Notes: generated by a model not told the origin, from the sequence alone. Positions 45,742 to 57,018 are shown, numbered from the stretch's first letter. The stretch: 64,000 nt of DNA from Alphaproteobacteria bacterium (GCA_050175015.1 JBFXJJ010000002.1:64001-128000); one strand, 5' to 3'. Numbers and translations: made by a program.

Positions 45742-47742
45742 CTAGATAATCAAGCCTTCCGTTTTGCCAGAAGCATTTTCTTCATTAGTAATATCATAAA
45801 AATCATTAGTTACCATAAAGGAAAGCGTCCCTGCATAGCCAAAGGCGTCTAAAGTATCTCTAAAAATTCTGCCAACACCAGCGGCAACCCCAGATGGCAA
45901 CTCCTGCTTATTACGCAAAATAATATCAAGCCTTTTTAACGACTTAACAACCAAAGTATCGATCTGCATTTCTCCTAAACGACTAAGACTGAAATTAACT
46001 AAAAACCTTTGCTTATCCGCTTTTATGGCTTTATTCTTATTCCCGCCGCCCTCTCTGCGAATAACCGCTTTGATTGATTTTATCTCATTATTAGGAGTCA
46101 TAAATGGAATATCAAAACTTTTCCAATCTTTAGTTTGTTCACTGCGCCTATGACCTTCTTTGATTTCAGCACTAAGCTTTTCAATTAGTTTTGAGCCTGA
46201 TTTAGTTTTACTAAGCGCATTTATAATATCATTATTTATAAATGCTGAAAGATCATCATTAGAAACAGCATTAATAAAATTAAAAACTGATGCGGTTAAG
46301 CTGCTGTTTGCTTGAGGTATTTTTGCTGCCAGCATATTTGATACTAAAGGGGCTTCCTGTGTCAGTGTTCTAAAATCTGCGGCAATATCTTTAATGTTAG
46401 GATTGTCATCATATTTTAACGAAAAGAGCTGTTCTTTAGCTCCAAACATTTTAATCTTTGAACCGTCGATAGAAATCACCTCGACATCAACTTTGGCATC
46501 AAGAGGAAGCGGCGTTTTAGTATCCAAAAGCATCACCCCCGCATTAGATACAACAATACTCTGACCACCACTAGTTCTTCCCGCAACCTGCCCTGTAAAC
46601 ATTAAAGATTCCTTCAGAGATTCGGTAGTCATAACCTTACTACTCTCTGTCAAAACATTGTTAGCACTCAAATCTTGAGAAATAATTTGCCCCTTATTGC
46701 TTGCTGTATTTAATAAAGCGCTGTTTTTTATGTTTAAATCTGTTTTAAAAACCGAAGTTTTTGATGTTAAGCCAACTTGTGTTTTATCATTGCCCAAATT
46801 GTTTGCATCTTTAGCTATTTTTAAACCTGAGCCAGAATTATCTGAACCCAAACTCACAGCTTTTTCTACCTTTAAATCTAAGCTATTGCCCTTGACTGAT
46901 TTTGCACCCTCGAAATCAGACCTATTTTGCTTAATATCGGGGTTATCCTTAACGATATTACTGGCAGTATTAACTGTTTTTTGCTCTACGCTCGATTGCT
47001 CTGGCTTGATGACGGTCTCTTTCTGATTATCTAAGTTTGTCTGCTCAGAATTTGTATCCTTCAAATTATCAAAACCCGTTATCCGCAAAACAACTTTACT
47101 GCCGCTTGGAATGCTTAAATCTTGCTGTCCTGTTTTGGCTGCAACATCAGATATAATCTTGTCAAGATTACGACTTAAATCCGCATCTTTCATAATTAAA
47201 TCTTTTGTAAAAAGATCGCCTTCTTTAACATTATTATTAAAAATATCTGAATTTAAAACTATTGCTGTTATCGGCTTGCCGTGATCAAAAACAACCCCCG
47301 ATTTATCGGCTCTAGCAAGATTTGTAATATTAGGAAAATCTTTTGGATTATTTTTCTCAAAACCAGAATTTTGCTGTGTCTCTAAAAATGCCTTCAAGTT
47401 ATCAATGCTGGTTTTTTCTAAAATTTTGAACGCTGTATGGCCGTTAACGCTAGTACTGGTTATTTCAAGCTGCATAAAAGTTTTTTCTGGCAAAGTTGCC
47501 GGAATTTTAATTTCAAACTCTAAAAGCTTTTTAGAATTAGCGGCATCTTCTCCGCTTATATTAAGAAAGTATGCTTTTGCTAATTCTGGATTCTTAGCAT
47601 CTTTAACCACAATAAGTTCTACTGCCGTTCCTTGAGGCAGAGAAGTTATTTCCTGCGGAGCTTTATTCGCAATAACCACGTTTGTCCCCGCCAAAGAAAT
47701 ATTAGAAAACATATTTATGGTAGGCGGTGGAACATTAGTCAT
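45742..47742 (-). CDS. Hypothetical flagellar-operon protein with a FliK_C-like C-terminal domain
   Basis: Long low-complexity middle; C-terminal 'RFLVNFSLSRLGEMQIDTLV..KRLDIILR'; 1 bp after flhG. Confidence 0.6.
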   Translation of the reverse strand: MTNVPPPTINMFSNISLAGTNVVIANKAPQEITSLPQGTAVELIVVKDAKNPELAKAYFLNISGEDAANSKKLLEFEIKIPATLPEKTFMQLEITSTSVNGHTAFKILEKTSIDNLKAFLETQQNSGFEKNNPKDFPNITNLARADKSGVVFDHGKPITAIVLNSDIFNNNVKEGDLFTKDLIMKDADLSRNLDKIISDVAAKTGQQDLSIPSGSKVVLRITGFDNLKDTNSEQTNLDNQKETVIKPEQSSVEQKTVNTASNIVKDNPDIKQNRSDFEGAKSVKGNSLDLKVEKAVSLGSDNSGSGLKIAKDANNLGNDKTQVGLTSKTSVFKTDLNIKNSALLNTASNKGQIISQDLSANNVLTESSKVMTTESLKESLMFTGQVAGRTSGGQSIVVSNAGVMLLDTKTPLPLDAKVDVEVISIDGSKIKMFGAKEQLFSLKYDDNPNIKDIAADFRTLTQEAPLVSNMLAAKIPQANSSLTASVFNFINAVSNDDLSAFINNDIINALSKTKSGSKLIEKLSAEIKEGHRRSEQTKDWKSFDIPFMTPNNEIKSIKAVIRREGGGNKNKAIKADKQRFLVNFSLSRLGEMQIDTLVVKSLKRLDIILRNKQELPSGVAAGVGRIFRDTLDAFGYAGTLSFMVTNDFYDITNEENASGKTEGLII

Positions 47743-47743
47743 A

Positions 47744-48490
47744 TCAATTCTCGTCTTGAAGAATTAATTTAGCTATTTTATCAACATCTTCAGCCGCTTC
47801 GGTATTGGGATATCTGGTAATTATAGATTTTTGATTACGGATAGCATCCCTAACCTTGGTATCTCTGCGGATAATACCTAATAATGGCGGCGAAATTTTA
47901 AGAAAACTATTACAAGCTTTTAAAAGCGTTTCATAAGTACGCTGACCTTCACGCACCGAATTAGCGGCATTAATAACAATTTTAATATTGGCTTTAGGAT
48001 TATCCATAACTGAAACTTTAATAAAAGCATACGCATCGGTTAAAGACGTCGGTTCATCAGTACAAATTACAATAATAGAACCAGCGTTTTTGGAAAAAAG
48101 CCTAACATTTTTTTCAACACCAGCTCCTAAATCCAAAATAGTTTTATCATACGATTTAGCAACAATCATCAAATCGTCCCAAAGCATCTGCAGCCTACCT
48201 ATTGGGATATTGGCCAGTCCTCCTGACCCAGAACGCCCAACAAGAACATCGAAATTGCCCGCATCAAAAGTTGCTATTGCCTGATTTAAAGTTATTCTGC
48301 CCGCAACAACTTCCCCCAAATCATGAGGAGCCATAAGCCCTAGTTGAATATCTACATTTGCAAGACCTAAATCGGCATCAAACAGTAAAACTTTTTTGTT
48401 ATTATTAGCAAGAGTATGAGACAGCGTAATAGAAAACCACGTTTTCCCAACTCCTCCTTTACCAGATGCAACTGCAATAACATTCTTCAT
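47744..48490 (-). CDS. flhG: MinD-like flagellar number regulator FlhG/FleN
   Basis: SGKGGVGKT, DADLGLANVD, EPTSLTDAYA; follows flhF. Confidence 0.92.
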   Translation of the reverse strand: MKNVIAVASGKGGVGKTWFSITLSHTLANNNKKVLLFDADLGLANVDIQLGLMAPHDLGEVVAGRITLNQAIATFDAGNFDVLVGRSGSGGLANIPIGRLQMLWDDLMIVAKSYDKTILDLGAGVEKNVRLFSKNAGSIIVICTDEPTSLTDAYAFIKVSVMDNPKANIKIVINAANSVREGQRTYETLLKACNSFLKISPPLLGIIRRDTKVRDAIRNQKSIITRYPNTEAAEDVDKIAKLILQDEN

Positions 48491-48551
48491 ATCGTTCTTT
48501 CCATATATTCTTAAGGCAAAATACTTCTTTTAAAATTTATGTCCTTTTTAT

Positions 48552-49526
48552 TTAATCAAATAGGTTCTGTCCGCTGCTGGAATTAGTTGTTAAAATTAAG
48601 CGAGCTAAAGACAATGAGTTAATCGCACAAAGTCCGCTAGCAACGTGAGGATTAATACTAACTTCACAAAATGACAAATTAGCCTTATAAGCAGCATTTA
48701 AAAGAGCCCCAAGCCTTCTTGTCATATCAAGCCTTGTCGCAATCATTCTTGCAGTACCTATGCTCGCAAATCTTTCGGCAATATCAGAATTTTCATCAGC
48801 ATCACCTCCAGCTGCTAAAACAAGGACAGGCTCGGCATTGGCGGCTTCAGTCAACATCTGAATTAAATCTAAATCGTGGTCGGAAAAAGGATTAATCCCT
48901 GGACTATCAATATAGATATAATCACAAGTACTCGAAAGCTCTGCTACAGTCCGCCCTAAACTTTCAGGTCCTTTTACTTTTTTAAGATCTATCTGCAAAA
49001 TTTCCGTAAAAGCCGAAAGCTGTCCAACCGCTCCAGCCCTTACGGTATCAGCGGTAATAACACCAACATTATATTTTGCAAGCCGGCTTCTTGCCGCCAG
49101 TTTTGCAACCGTAATTGTTTTTCCGCTTCCTGGCGTTCCGACAATAATAAATGGTCGATAAGACGACCCTTCAGGAAACGGTGCAAAGGAAAATATCTTA
49201 TCTAGACTGCTTGATAAAGCGACAACAATATCATTTTGTTTTTTAGGAAGATATGCCAGTATTTTTTCAGCAATATCATCTGGAACACGATGAAATTCAA
49301 GAGCTTTCTTCACCGTAGAATTGATTGGATTGATAATTTGTTCCAAAGAGAAAGCATTTTCTAAATCATTATCAGCAAAACTTTCTTCCTTTGCGGCGAC
49401 AATACGCATACCTTCACCGTCAGATATCTTCTGCGTTGATATAATTACAGCTTCATCTCCCAGCTCTTCTTTTACAAGAGCCATAGCTTCTGTAATTGTT
49501 GGTGCGGTATAAGTTTTAATACGCAT
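48552..49526 (-). CDS. flhF: SRP-family GTPase FlhF
   Basis: MRIKTY...ELGDEAVIIST, GTPGSGKT, DTVRAGAVGQL, DSPG, TRLD. Confidence 0.9.
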   Translation of the reverse strand: MRIKTYTAPTITEAMALVKEELGDEAVIISTQKISDGEGMRIVAAKEESFADNDLENAFSLEQIINPINSTVKKALEFHRVPDDIAEKILAYLPKKQNDIVVALSSSLDKIFSFAPFPEGSSYRPFIIVGTPGSGKTITVAKLAARSRLAKYNVGVITADTVRAGAVGQLSAFTEILQIDLKKVKGPESLGRTVAELSSTCDYIYIDSPGINPFSDHDLDLIQMLTEAANAEPVLVLAAGGDADENSDIAERFASIGTARMIATRLDMTRRLGALLNAAYKANLSFCEVSINPHVASGLCAINSLSLARLILTTNSSSGQNLFD

Positions 49527-49538
49527 TTATCAGCCTTT

Positions 49539-51656
49539 TTATACCTGCCCTAAAGTTTTTATCTTTGCTTTAGGGTGAATTTCATTTTGTGACATAACAA
49601 CCGTTATCGGTCTAAATCTCTCAATTATGGAACGAACGAATGGTCGTATTGTAGGACTGGTCAACAATACAGGGGTTTGCCCCTGCATAGCAAACTCTTC
49701 GAAAACTTTTCTTACTCTGGTGATAAACTGCTGCAGTCTTGTTGGCTGCATTGATAACTGACGGTCTTCACCATTTCCAACAATTGATTCTGCAAAAGCC
49801 TGCTCCCATTCTGGAGATAATACCAAAATTGGAATAAAGCCTTCATCATTACTATTGGCGTCAGAAATCTGCCTATTAAGGCGCAGCCTTACGTGTTCGG
49901 TAATCGCCATAATATTGCTAGTAACTCCGCAAGCTTCAGATATACCTTCTAAAATTGTAGGCAAATCTCTTATCGAAACTCTTTCTTGCAAGAGGTTCTG
50001 CAAAATACGCTGCAGTCCACCAATACTTATTTTGTGCGGTATTACTTCTGCCACCAGCTTCTGATGTTCTTTATTCAATTCATCTAAAAGTTTTTGAGTT
50101 TCAGAGTAAGACAGCAGCTCAGACATATTATCACGAACAAGTTCCGTAATGTGAGTTGTTATAACTGTAGCAGGATCAACCACAGTATATCCCCTAAACA
50201 TCGCTTCTTCTCTATTGTCAGGATCAATCCACATTGCAGGCAGACCAAAAGTCGGCTCTCTAGTTTTTTCACCAGGAAGTGTAATTTCTTCTCCCCTAGG
50301 ATCCATTACTAAAAGCAAATTAGGGCGAACATCGCCGCCTCCAACTTTTACTTCCTTAATATAAATGACATAGGCATTAGCTTCGAGCTGCATATTATCT
50401 TGAATTCTAACAGAGGGCATAACAAAGCCAATTTCTACAGCTAATGCTCTGCGCAAAGCTTTAATCTGATCGGTAAGCTTGCGGCTAGCATCTTCATTGA
50501 TAAGAGGCAAAAGCCCATAGCCCAATTCCAATCTCACCAAATCGATACGCAAAGCTGTTGAAATAGGTTCTTCAGATGGCGGCAATTCTTCTTTTGCCTT
50601 TATTTCTTCAGCTTTTTTCTCTTCAACAACTTTATCTTTATGAACCTTATCAAGATAGTAGGCTGTGCTTCCGGTAAGAACGGCCAAAAGAAAGAAAGGC
50701 AGCATAGGAGTTCCTGGCAACATCGCTAAAGAAATAGCCATAAATGAACTCATACCTAAAGCTTTAGGATAATTAGTAAACTGCCCCAAAAGAACTTTAT
50801 CTGTTGATTCAGTAAGACCAGCTTTCGAAACCATAATACCAGCCGCAACCGAAATAATAAGCGCAGGAACTTGAGAAACTAGGCCGTCACCAACTGTTAA
50901 TCTCGTGTAGGTATCAGCAGCCTTAGTAAAGGTTAGATTGTTTTGAACCATACCAATAATTATTCCAGCAATGATATTAATCGCTGTAATAATAAGGCCT
51001 GCAACAGCATCACCTCGAACGAATTTTGATGCACCGTCCATAGCTCCATAGAATGAACTTTCTTGAGATAATTCCTCACGGCGCTTTTTGGCCTCAGGTT
51101 CATCGATTAACCCCGTAGACAAATCAGCATCAATCGCCATTTGTTTACCAGGCATAGCATCTAAAGCAAAACGAGCCGCGACTTCAGCAATACGTCCCGA
51201 ACCTTTGGTAATCACCATAAAATTCACGATAATTAAAATAGCAAAAACGATAACACCAATAACAAAGTTTCCACCCATAATAAAGCCGCCAAAAGCCTGA
51301 ATAACCTTTCCTGCGGCGTCTAATCCTCTATGCCCATTGGATAAAATCAATCTTGTCGAAGCCAAATTCAATGACAGTCGAAACATTGTTGTAATCAACA
51401 AAACCAAAGGAAACGATGTAAATTCAATCGGTTTTTCAATAAAAATAGATGTCATCAAAACCAGAGAAGCTACAGTCAAAGATAAAGCCAAGGAAATATC
51501 AAGCAGCCAAGGCGGCATTGGCATTATCAAAATAACCAACATCAAGACAACGCCTAAAGCAAGCCCTAAATCTCCTCTTAAGGCCGAACGTTTGACAAAC
51601 CCCAAAACATCAAAGGAATTAGAGCCCTTAGCGGTGTTTTTAACTGGTTCAGCCAT
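49539..51656 (-). CDS. flhA: Flagellar export gate protein FlhA
   Basis: RIAEVAARFALDAMPGKQMAIDADL, FYGAMDGASKFVRGDA. Confidence 0.98.
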   Translation of the reverse strand: MAEPVKNTAKGSNSFDVLGFVKRSALRGDLGLALGVVLMLVILIMPMPPWLLDISLALSLTVASLVLMTSIFIEKPIEFTSFPLVLLITTMFRLSLNLASTRLILSNGHRGLDAAGKVIQAFGGFIMGGNFVIGVIVFAILIIVNFMVITKGSGRIAEVAARFALDAMPGKQMAIDADLSTGLIDEPEAKKRREELSQESSFYGAMDGASKFVRGDAVAGLIITAINIIAGIIIGMVQNNLTFTKAADTYTRLTVGDGLVSQVPALIISVAAGIMVSKAGLTESTDKVLLGQFTNYPKALGMSSFMAISLAMLPGTPMLPFFLLAVLTGSTAYYLDKVHKDKVVEEKKAEEIKAKEELPPSEEPISTALRIDLVRLELGYGLLPLINEDASRKLTDQIKALRRALAVEIGFVMPSVRIQDNMQLEANAYVIYIKEVKVGGGDVRPNLLLVMDPRGEEITLPGEKTREPTFGLPAMWIDPDNREEAMFRGYTVVDPATVITTHITELVRDNMSELLSYSETQKLLDELNKEHQKLVAEVIPHKISIGGLQRILQNLLQERVSIRDLPTILEGISEACGVTSNIMAITEHVRLRLNRQISDANSNDEGFIPILVLSPEWEQAFAESIVGNGEDRQLSMQPTRLQQFITRVRKVFEEFAMQGQTPVLLTSPTIRPFVRSIIERFRPITVVMSQNEIHPKAKIKTLGQV

Positions 51657-51680
51657 TTAATCTAACTTCCTCGATTTCGT

Positions 51681-53027
51681 TTATTCTGGTTGATTTGGAG
51701 TTGGAACATTATATCCTTCTTCAGAATACTGTTTTAGTTTATTACGCAGTGTCCTAATTGATATGCCTAAAATATTTGCAGCGTGTGTTCTGTTGCCCAA
51801 GGTATGTTTTAAGGTATCAATAATAAGATCTCTTTCTACTGCGGCAACCGTACGTCCCACCATTTGTCCATCATTAGAACCATCCATCATTGACTTCTCT
51901 TCCTCAGAAAAAGTCTTGTGGTTAGAATAATATGAAGTATCCAGCAAAATTGCATCAGCACTAATTTCATTTCCTGTGCTGATTAAGACCGCACGATGAA
52001 TTGTGTTTTCAAGTTCTCTGACATTGCCCTGCCAGAAGTGAAGCATAAGTTTTTTTTCTGCATTGCTTGAAAGAGGTTTTGCTTCTAGGTCGTTATTATC
52101 TGAGTATTTTTTAACAAAAAACTCTGCCAAAGGCTTAATATCAAGAGTACGTTCTCTAAGCGGCGGCAGATTAATATTAACAACGTTAAGCCTAAAATAT
52201 AAATCTTCTCTAAATCTGCCTTTTCTGACCTCATCTGCCATATTGCGATTTGAAGTAGCTATAATTCTAACATTAACTTTTATAGGGCTTTTGCCTCCTA
52301 TACGGTCAACTTCTCGTTCTTGAAGAACACGCAGTAATTTTGCTTGAAGCCTGACATCCATTTCACTGATTTCATCAAGCAGAATAGTTCCGTCATTAGC
52401 CTCTTCAAACTTGCCTATCCTGCGGGCAACAGCTCCTGTAAAAGCGCCTTTTTCATAACCGAAAAGTTCTGATTCTAAAAGCGTTTCTGGAATAGCCGCA
52501 CAGTTAACTGCAATAAACCGATTATTTTTACGTTTGCTATTTTCGTGAATATATCTTGAAAAAACTTCCTTGCCCGTTCCAGATTCTCCTGTAATTAGAA
52601 TGCTAGCATCTGATGGCGCAATTTGATCTGCCATCTGCAATACTTTTAACATCGCAGGATCTTGGCATATAAACGCGTGATTCTCCCTTGTTACTGCGGT
52701 AAGAATAGCACCTATCATTTCCGCATCAGGAGGCAGAGGAACATATTCCTTCGCTCCAGCTTTAATTGCTTTAACTGCTGCCGCCGTATCATTAGCAATG
52801 CCACAACCAACGACAGGAACGATAATTCTCTCTGATGCAAGATTTTCTATAAGCTCGTGAATATTAAGCTTAACATCTGCCATTACTAAATCAGCACCAT
52901 TATTACGCAGAATATCCATAGCGATATTAATATCTTCTGCGTGCAAAACTGTTCCTCCACGTTTCATTGCAATTTTGCTTGCGGCACCGATTTGACCATT
53001 TAGGGTTCCAATAATAAGAAGCCTCAT
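51681..53027 (-). CDS. flbD: Sigma54-dependent flagellar activator
   Basis: GESGTGKE, GAFTGA and C-terminal HTH; positioned after fliN. Confidence 0.9.
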   Translation of the reverse strand: MRLLIIGTLNGQIGAASKIAMKRGGTVLHAEDINIAMDILRNNGADLVMADVKLNIHELIENLASERIIVPVVGCGIANDTAAAVKAIKAGAKEYVPLPPDAEMIGAILTAVTRENHAFICQDPAMLKVLQMADQIAPSDASILITGESGTGKEVFSRYIHENSKRKNNRFIAVNCAAIPETLLESELFGYEKGAFTGAVARRIGKFEEANDGTILLDEISEMDVRLQAKLLRVLQEREVDRIGGKSPIKVNVRIIATSNRNMADEVRKGRFREDLYFRLNVVNINLPPLRERTLDIKPLAEFFVKKYSDNNDLEAKPLSSNAEKKLMLHFWQGNVRELENTIHRAVLISTGNEISADAILLDTSYYSNHKTFSEEEKSMMDGSNDGQMVGRTVAAVERDLIIDTLKHTLGNRTHAANILGISIRTLRNKLKQYSEEGYNVPTPNQPE

Positions 53028-53071
53028 AACTTTATCCTTAACTTGTTGGTTTTTAAAAACCTTTTGATACG

Positions 53072-53425
53072 CTATTCTGTTTTAATAATTTCTGTCATAG
53101 TTATGCCAAGCTTATCTTCCACAACTACAACCTCACCACGAGCTACTAACCTGTCGTTTACATAAATATCTATAGGTTCGCCAACTCTGCGATCCAACTC
53201 TAAGATAGCCCCTTTTCCTAATTTTAAAAGCTGATTAACCTGCATTGACGATTTACCAAGTACCGCAGAAACCCTGACAGGAATATCATAAACAGCATCT
53301 AACTCCAATGATGATTTAGGCTTGGTATCGACATCTTCAGCGACACTTGTTTCTTCTTCATTATAATCAAAAGAACGGTCTTCATTTTCTAAATCATTTA
53401 GTTCAAAACTGTTATTGTCTGACAT
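53072..53425 (-). CDS. fliN: Flagellar motor switch protein FliN
   Basis: 'DIPVRVSAVLG', 'VARGEVVVV'. Confidence 0.95.
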   Translation of the reverse strand: MSDNNSFELNDLENEDRSFDYNEEETSVAEDVDTKPKSSLELDAVYDIPVRVSAVLGKSSMQVNQLLKLGKGAILELDRRVGEPIDIYVNDRLVARGEVVVVEDKLGITMTEIIKTE

Positions 53426-53452
53426 TTGTCTGCCCTCAACTCTTTAATTTTT

Positions 53453-54220
53453 TTAACTCTGGTTATCTTCAACGGTTGACGTTTCTTTTACCTCAACATC
53501 TTGGCTTGGAACATTTTGTTTCAAGACATCGTCTATCTCTTCCAAAATACGTTTGGTGCTTTTCTCAATTTCGCCATTGTCCCACATAATTCTACAATCA
53601 CCTGACAACACCGCAGTATCATCAACAACATTAATAACCCCATCAAAATTAGCATCTTTAGATAAATCATAAATTTTCATATCGACACTATGCTTCTGCT
53701 CAGGGTTAACCTTTATTGTTATTTTTTCTTTATTAATTTGTGGTAAATATTTTCTTATTAATTCTTCGACTTCTTCTATTCCATGCTTTGAAGCAATAGT
53801 TGGAATAATTTTTTTGGTTATTGCTACAGCCAGCATTAGAGCCTTTTGCAAAACATCTTCATGGTTTCTAGTTTGCGTTTCTACTACTTTTTTTAAACCT
53901 TCCGCAATCTGCTCTCCAACTTTAATCTGTAAAGCTGCAACACTTTGGCTGTTTTTCTTAATCCCAGCTGCCTCACCTAAAGCAAAAGACGTAGCAGTAG
54001 CTTCATCTAATTCTTTTTGCGTAAACGTTGGCTCTGGCGGCTCTTCCACAATCTCAACAGCAGTTTCTTCTTCTACAGGGAACTCATCCTGAACAACTTC
54101 TTCGCTGAATTCATATTCTTCTTCAACGATATTTGCAGTTTTATCAGCCTTTTTTACCTCTGGCTCATCAAAGCTTACATCAAATAAAAATTTTTTTACA
54201 TTAGAAGAGGAAAAAGTCAT
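53453..54220 (-). CDS. fliH: Flagellar assembly protein FliH
   Basis: 'KKFLFDVSFD', 'GDCRIMW..G'; between fliG and fliN. Confidence 0.85.
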   Translation of the reverse strand: MTFSSSNVKKFLFDVSFDEPEVKKADKTANIVEEEYEFSEEVVQDEFPVEEETAVEIVEEPPEPTFTQKELDEATATSFALGEAAGIKKNSQSVAALQIKVGEQIAEGLKKVVETQTRNHEDVLQKALMLAVAITKKIIPTIASKHGIEEVEELIRKYLPQINKEKITIKVNPEQKHSVDMKIYDLSKDANFDGVINVVDDTAVLSGDCRIMWDNGEIEKSTKRILEEIDDVLKQNVPSQDVEVKETSTVEDNQS

Positions 54221-54231
54221 AAATTTTACAC

Positions 54232-55254
54232 CTAATAAACCATTTCATCTTCGCCGCCACTCTCAGAAATGTAAATTTCTCCAGAGTTAGCGAGATCTTT
54301 AGCCAAATTAACCATTGCGACCTGAGCATCTTCAACGTCCTTAATTCTAACTGGACCAAGAGCATCCATATCTTCTTCAAGAATTTTCGCAGCTCTTGCC
54401 GACATATTTTTAAAGAACAAATCTTTAATTGATTCTGATGCACCTTTAAGAGCTTTTGCCAAGATTTCTTTTTCTGCACCTCTAAGAAGAACTTGAATGC
54501 CTTTAGTATCAACACGAACAAGATCTTCGAAGGTAAACATAAGAGATTTGACTTTCTCTGCAGATTCCCGATTTCTTTCTTCCAACGCAACCATAAATCT
54601 TGCTTCAGTATTGCGATCAAAGTTATTAAATATTTCAGCAATAAGTTCGTGAGAATCTCTTCTAGTTGATTTAGAAATGTTGCTCATAAACTCAGTTCTA
54701 AGGGTTTTCTCAATATCTTCAATAATTTCCTTTTTAATCGGCTCCATTCTAAGAAGTCTCATAATAACTTCCATCGAAAACGTTTCAGGTAAAAGGGGAA
54801 GAACTCTTGCTGCGTGTTCTGGTTTAATCTTAGATAAAACAACCGCAACGGTTTGCGGATATTCATTTTTAAGGTAATTTGCCAACACTTGCTCGTTAAC
54901 ATTGCCCAGCTTATCCCACATTGTTTTACCAGCAGGACCGCGCATTTCGTCCATAATAGCGTCGACTCGGTCTTTACTAAGACTTTTGAGCAGAAGTTTT
55001 TCTGTGCTTTCAAAACTTCCTATCAATGAACCTGTGTTAGAAATTTCATCAGCGAACTCAATAAAAAGTTTTTCAACGACGTCAGAATCAACCGTACCCA
55101 AATTGGACATTATCAAGGATATTTCTTTTATTTCTTCATCATCCATAATGGCAAAAAGATTTGCAGACTGCTCTTCACCTAAAGAAAGCATCATAATTGC
55201 AGCTTTTTGAGGACCTGTTAAATCTTTATAGCTTTCAATTTTCGAATTCGCCAA
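54232..55254 (-). CDS. fliG: Flagellar motor switch protein FliG
   Basis: 'GPQKAAI', '[11 protein letters not shown]', 'MFTFEDL', 'NMSARAA'. Confidence 0.96.
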   Translation of the reverse strand: MANSKIESYKDLTGPQKAAIMMLSLGEEQSANLFAIMDDEEIKEISLIMSNLGTVDSDVVEKLFIEFADEISNTGSLIGSFESTEKLLLKSLSKDRVDAIMDEMRGPAGKTMWDKLGNVNEQVLANYLKNEYPQTVAVVLSKIKPEHAARVLPLLPETFSMEVIMRLLRMEPIKKEIIEDIEKTLRTEFMSNISKSTRRDSHELIAEIFNNFDRNTEARFMVALEERNRESAEKVKSLMFTFEDLVRVDTKGIQVLLRGAEKEILAKALKGASESIKDLFFKNMSARAAKILEEDMDALGPVRIKDVEDAQVAMVNLAKDLANSGEIYISESGGEDEMVY

Positions 55255-55309
55255 CGTCGTTACTCCTAAAGACGAAATTTATTATTTATACAATATATCA
55301 TATAAATAT

Positions 55310-56914
55310 CTATTCTTGATACATCCAATTTCTGATAATACCCAAAGCTTGATCTGGGTGTTTCTCAACAATTTCACTAATTTTCTTGATCGAAGAAGCC
55401 TTAACTCTGCCTTCAATTTTAGCAATATCAATAAGCTCATCCATCTGCTCGTCAGCGCCAAGAATAGGAGCTCCAAGTTGAGGGTGCAGCCCTTCAGGAA
55501 GCAGATCGTGTTCATCTTCCTCAATAGAGGTAGGTTCAAAGGCTTTATTAATAAGAGGTCTAATAACAAGGAATATCACCAAAATAGCGACAAGAGCAAC
55601 ACCTAAGCCTTCCGACATTCTCATAACTTCGCTCTTTGTGAAGCCCATAAATACCACAGGTTCTTCTGGGAACATATAGTTAACATCACTAAACTGCATA
55701 TTAGCAATTTCAACCTGATCGCCTCTATTAGCATCATAGCCTATAGTTGAACGAACTAATGCTGCCAAGATTTCCATCTCTTTTTCCGAACGAGGCTGAT
55801 AACTTTTGGTTCCATCTTGAGCAACATCATATGTACCATCGACAATAACTGCTACCGATATTTTTCGAACAACGCCATCGCTTTTTATGGCATTAACAAC
55901 CTTTTTTGAAATCTCATAGTTTACAGTTTCTTCAGTACGGCTTCTTTGGCTTTTCTGTTTAATATTAGAATTTGACAAATCGCTTCCTGGAAGATTTTGC
56001 CCAACCGTTACAACGTCAGGCTCTCCTTCTTCAGATTTTTCAGCATCTTCAACCGTCACCGCCGAACGCAAAACCTGTGTCTCAGGGTCATAGATTTCTT
56101 CGTTGGTAACAATTCGACTGAAATCCATCTCAACATTAACTTCGGCTCTAACCTTACCAACACCAACGGTACGTTCCAGCATATTTTCGATAGAACTTGT
56201 AAGCCTTCTTTGATATTCGAGACGACGTTCTTCATTGGTTGCTACCAGCATATCTTCATCGTTATCAAATTCTCTTGTAAGGAGTTTTCCTGTGTTATCA
56301 ATAACGGAAACATTTTTCATTTCCATCTTAGGAACAGACGCGGCAATCAATTTCTGGATAGCAATAACTTGACTTTGTGATATTTTGCCTTTTTTACTGT
56401 GAATAATAACTGATGCTGAAGGGCTATTTTCTTCTCTAGTAAACATTTCACGTTTAGGAAGAACAAGGTGTACTCTTGCGTTTGCGATATTATCCATAGA
56501 ACGAAGTGTTTTGGAAAGTTCCCCTTCCATCGCCCTGACTAAATTAATATTCTGCACAAAACTTGTTGATCCAAGAGCATCACCATTATCAAAAATCTCA
56601 TATCCGCCGCCAGATCCCAATGCTGGCAGATTATTGCTGGCAGCTTCAATTTTCATACGGGCAACTTGCGTTTCAGGAACAGATATTTCGGTACCATTTT
56701 TCTCTAGAAGATAATTAACATTATTTTCCTCAAGCATTTTAACTATTGACGCAGAATCTGCGGGATCTAAATCGCTATAAAGTATAGCCATTCTTGAATT
56801 TGAAAATCTAGCAGCAAAATAAACTAAAAAACCAAGCAAGAAAAAAGCGATGCCTGCCATAGCAGCCAAACGACCAGGACCCAAACTCTTTAATGTATTA
56901 ACCAAATTATTCAC
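55310..56914 (-). CDS. fliF: Flagellar MS-ring protein FliF
   Basis: 'GYEIFD', 'RAMEGELSKT', 'ARVHLVLP', 'NYEISK', 'RGDQV'. Confidence 0.96.
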   Translation of the reverse strand: MNNLVNTLKSLGPGRLAAMAGIAFFLLGFLVYFAARFSNSRMAILYSDLDPADSASIVKMLEENNVNYLLEKNGTEISVPETQVARMKIEAASNNLPALGSGGGYEIFDNGDALGSTSFVQNINLVRAMEGELSKTLRSMDNIANARVHLVLPKREMFTREENSPSASVIIHSKKGKISQSQVIAIQKLIAASVPKMEMKNVSVIDNTGKLLTREFDNDEDMLVATNEERRLEYQRRLTSSIENMLERTVGVGKVRAEVNVEMDFSRIVTNEEIYDPETQVLRSAVTVEDAEKSEEGEPDVVTVGQNLPGSDLSNSNIKQKSQRSRTEETVNYEISKKVVNAIKSDGVVRKISVAVIVDGTYDVAQDGTKSYQPRSEKEMEILAALVRSTIGYDANRGDQVEIANMQFSDVNYMFPEEPVVFMGFTKSEVMRMSEGLGVALVAILVIFLVIRPLINKAFEPTSIEEDEHDLLPEGLHPQLGAPILGADEQMDELIDIAKIEGRVKASSIKKISEIVEKHPDQALGIIRNWMYQE

Positions 56915-56987
56915 AGCGACTTGTTCCTATTTGTTGAAATTATTTGCCCTTATTATTTCATTATATTTTAACACTCGTAAAAAAAGA

Positions 56988-57018
56988 GTTAATTGTAGGC
57001 AAAAATTGCCCAATTAAC
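56988..57018. promoter_or_regulatory. Palindromic element upstream of fliF containing an ftr/FlbD-like GGCA-N5-TGCC site
   Basis: GTTAATTG-TA-GGCAAAAATTGCC-CAATTAAC. Confidence 0.5.
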
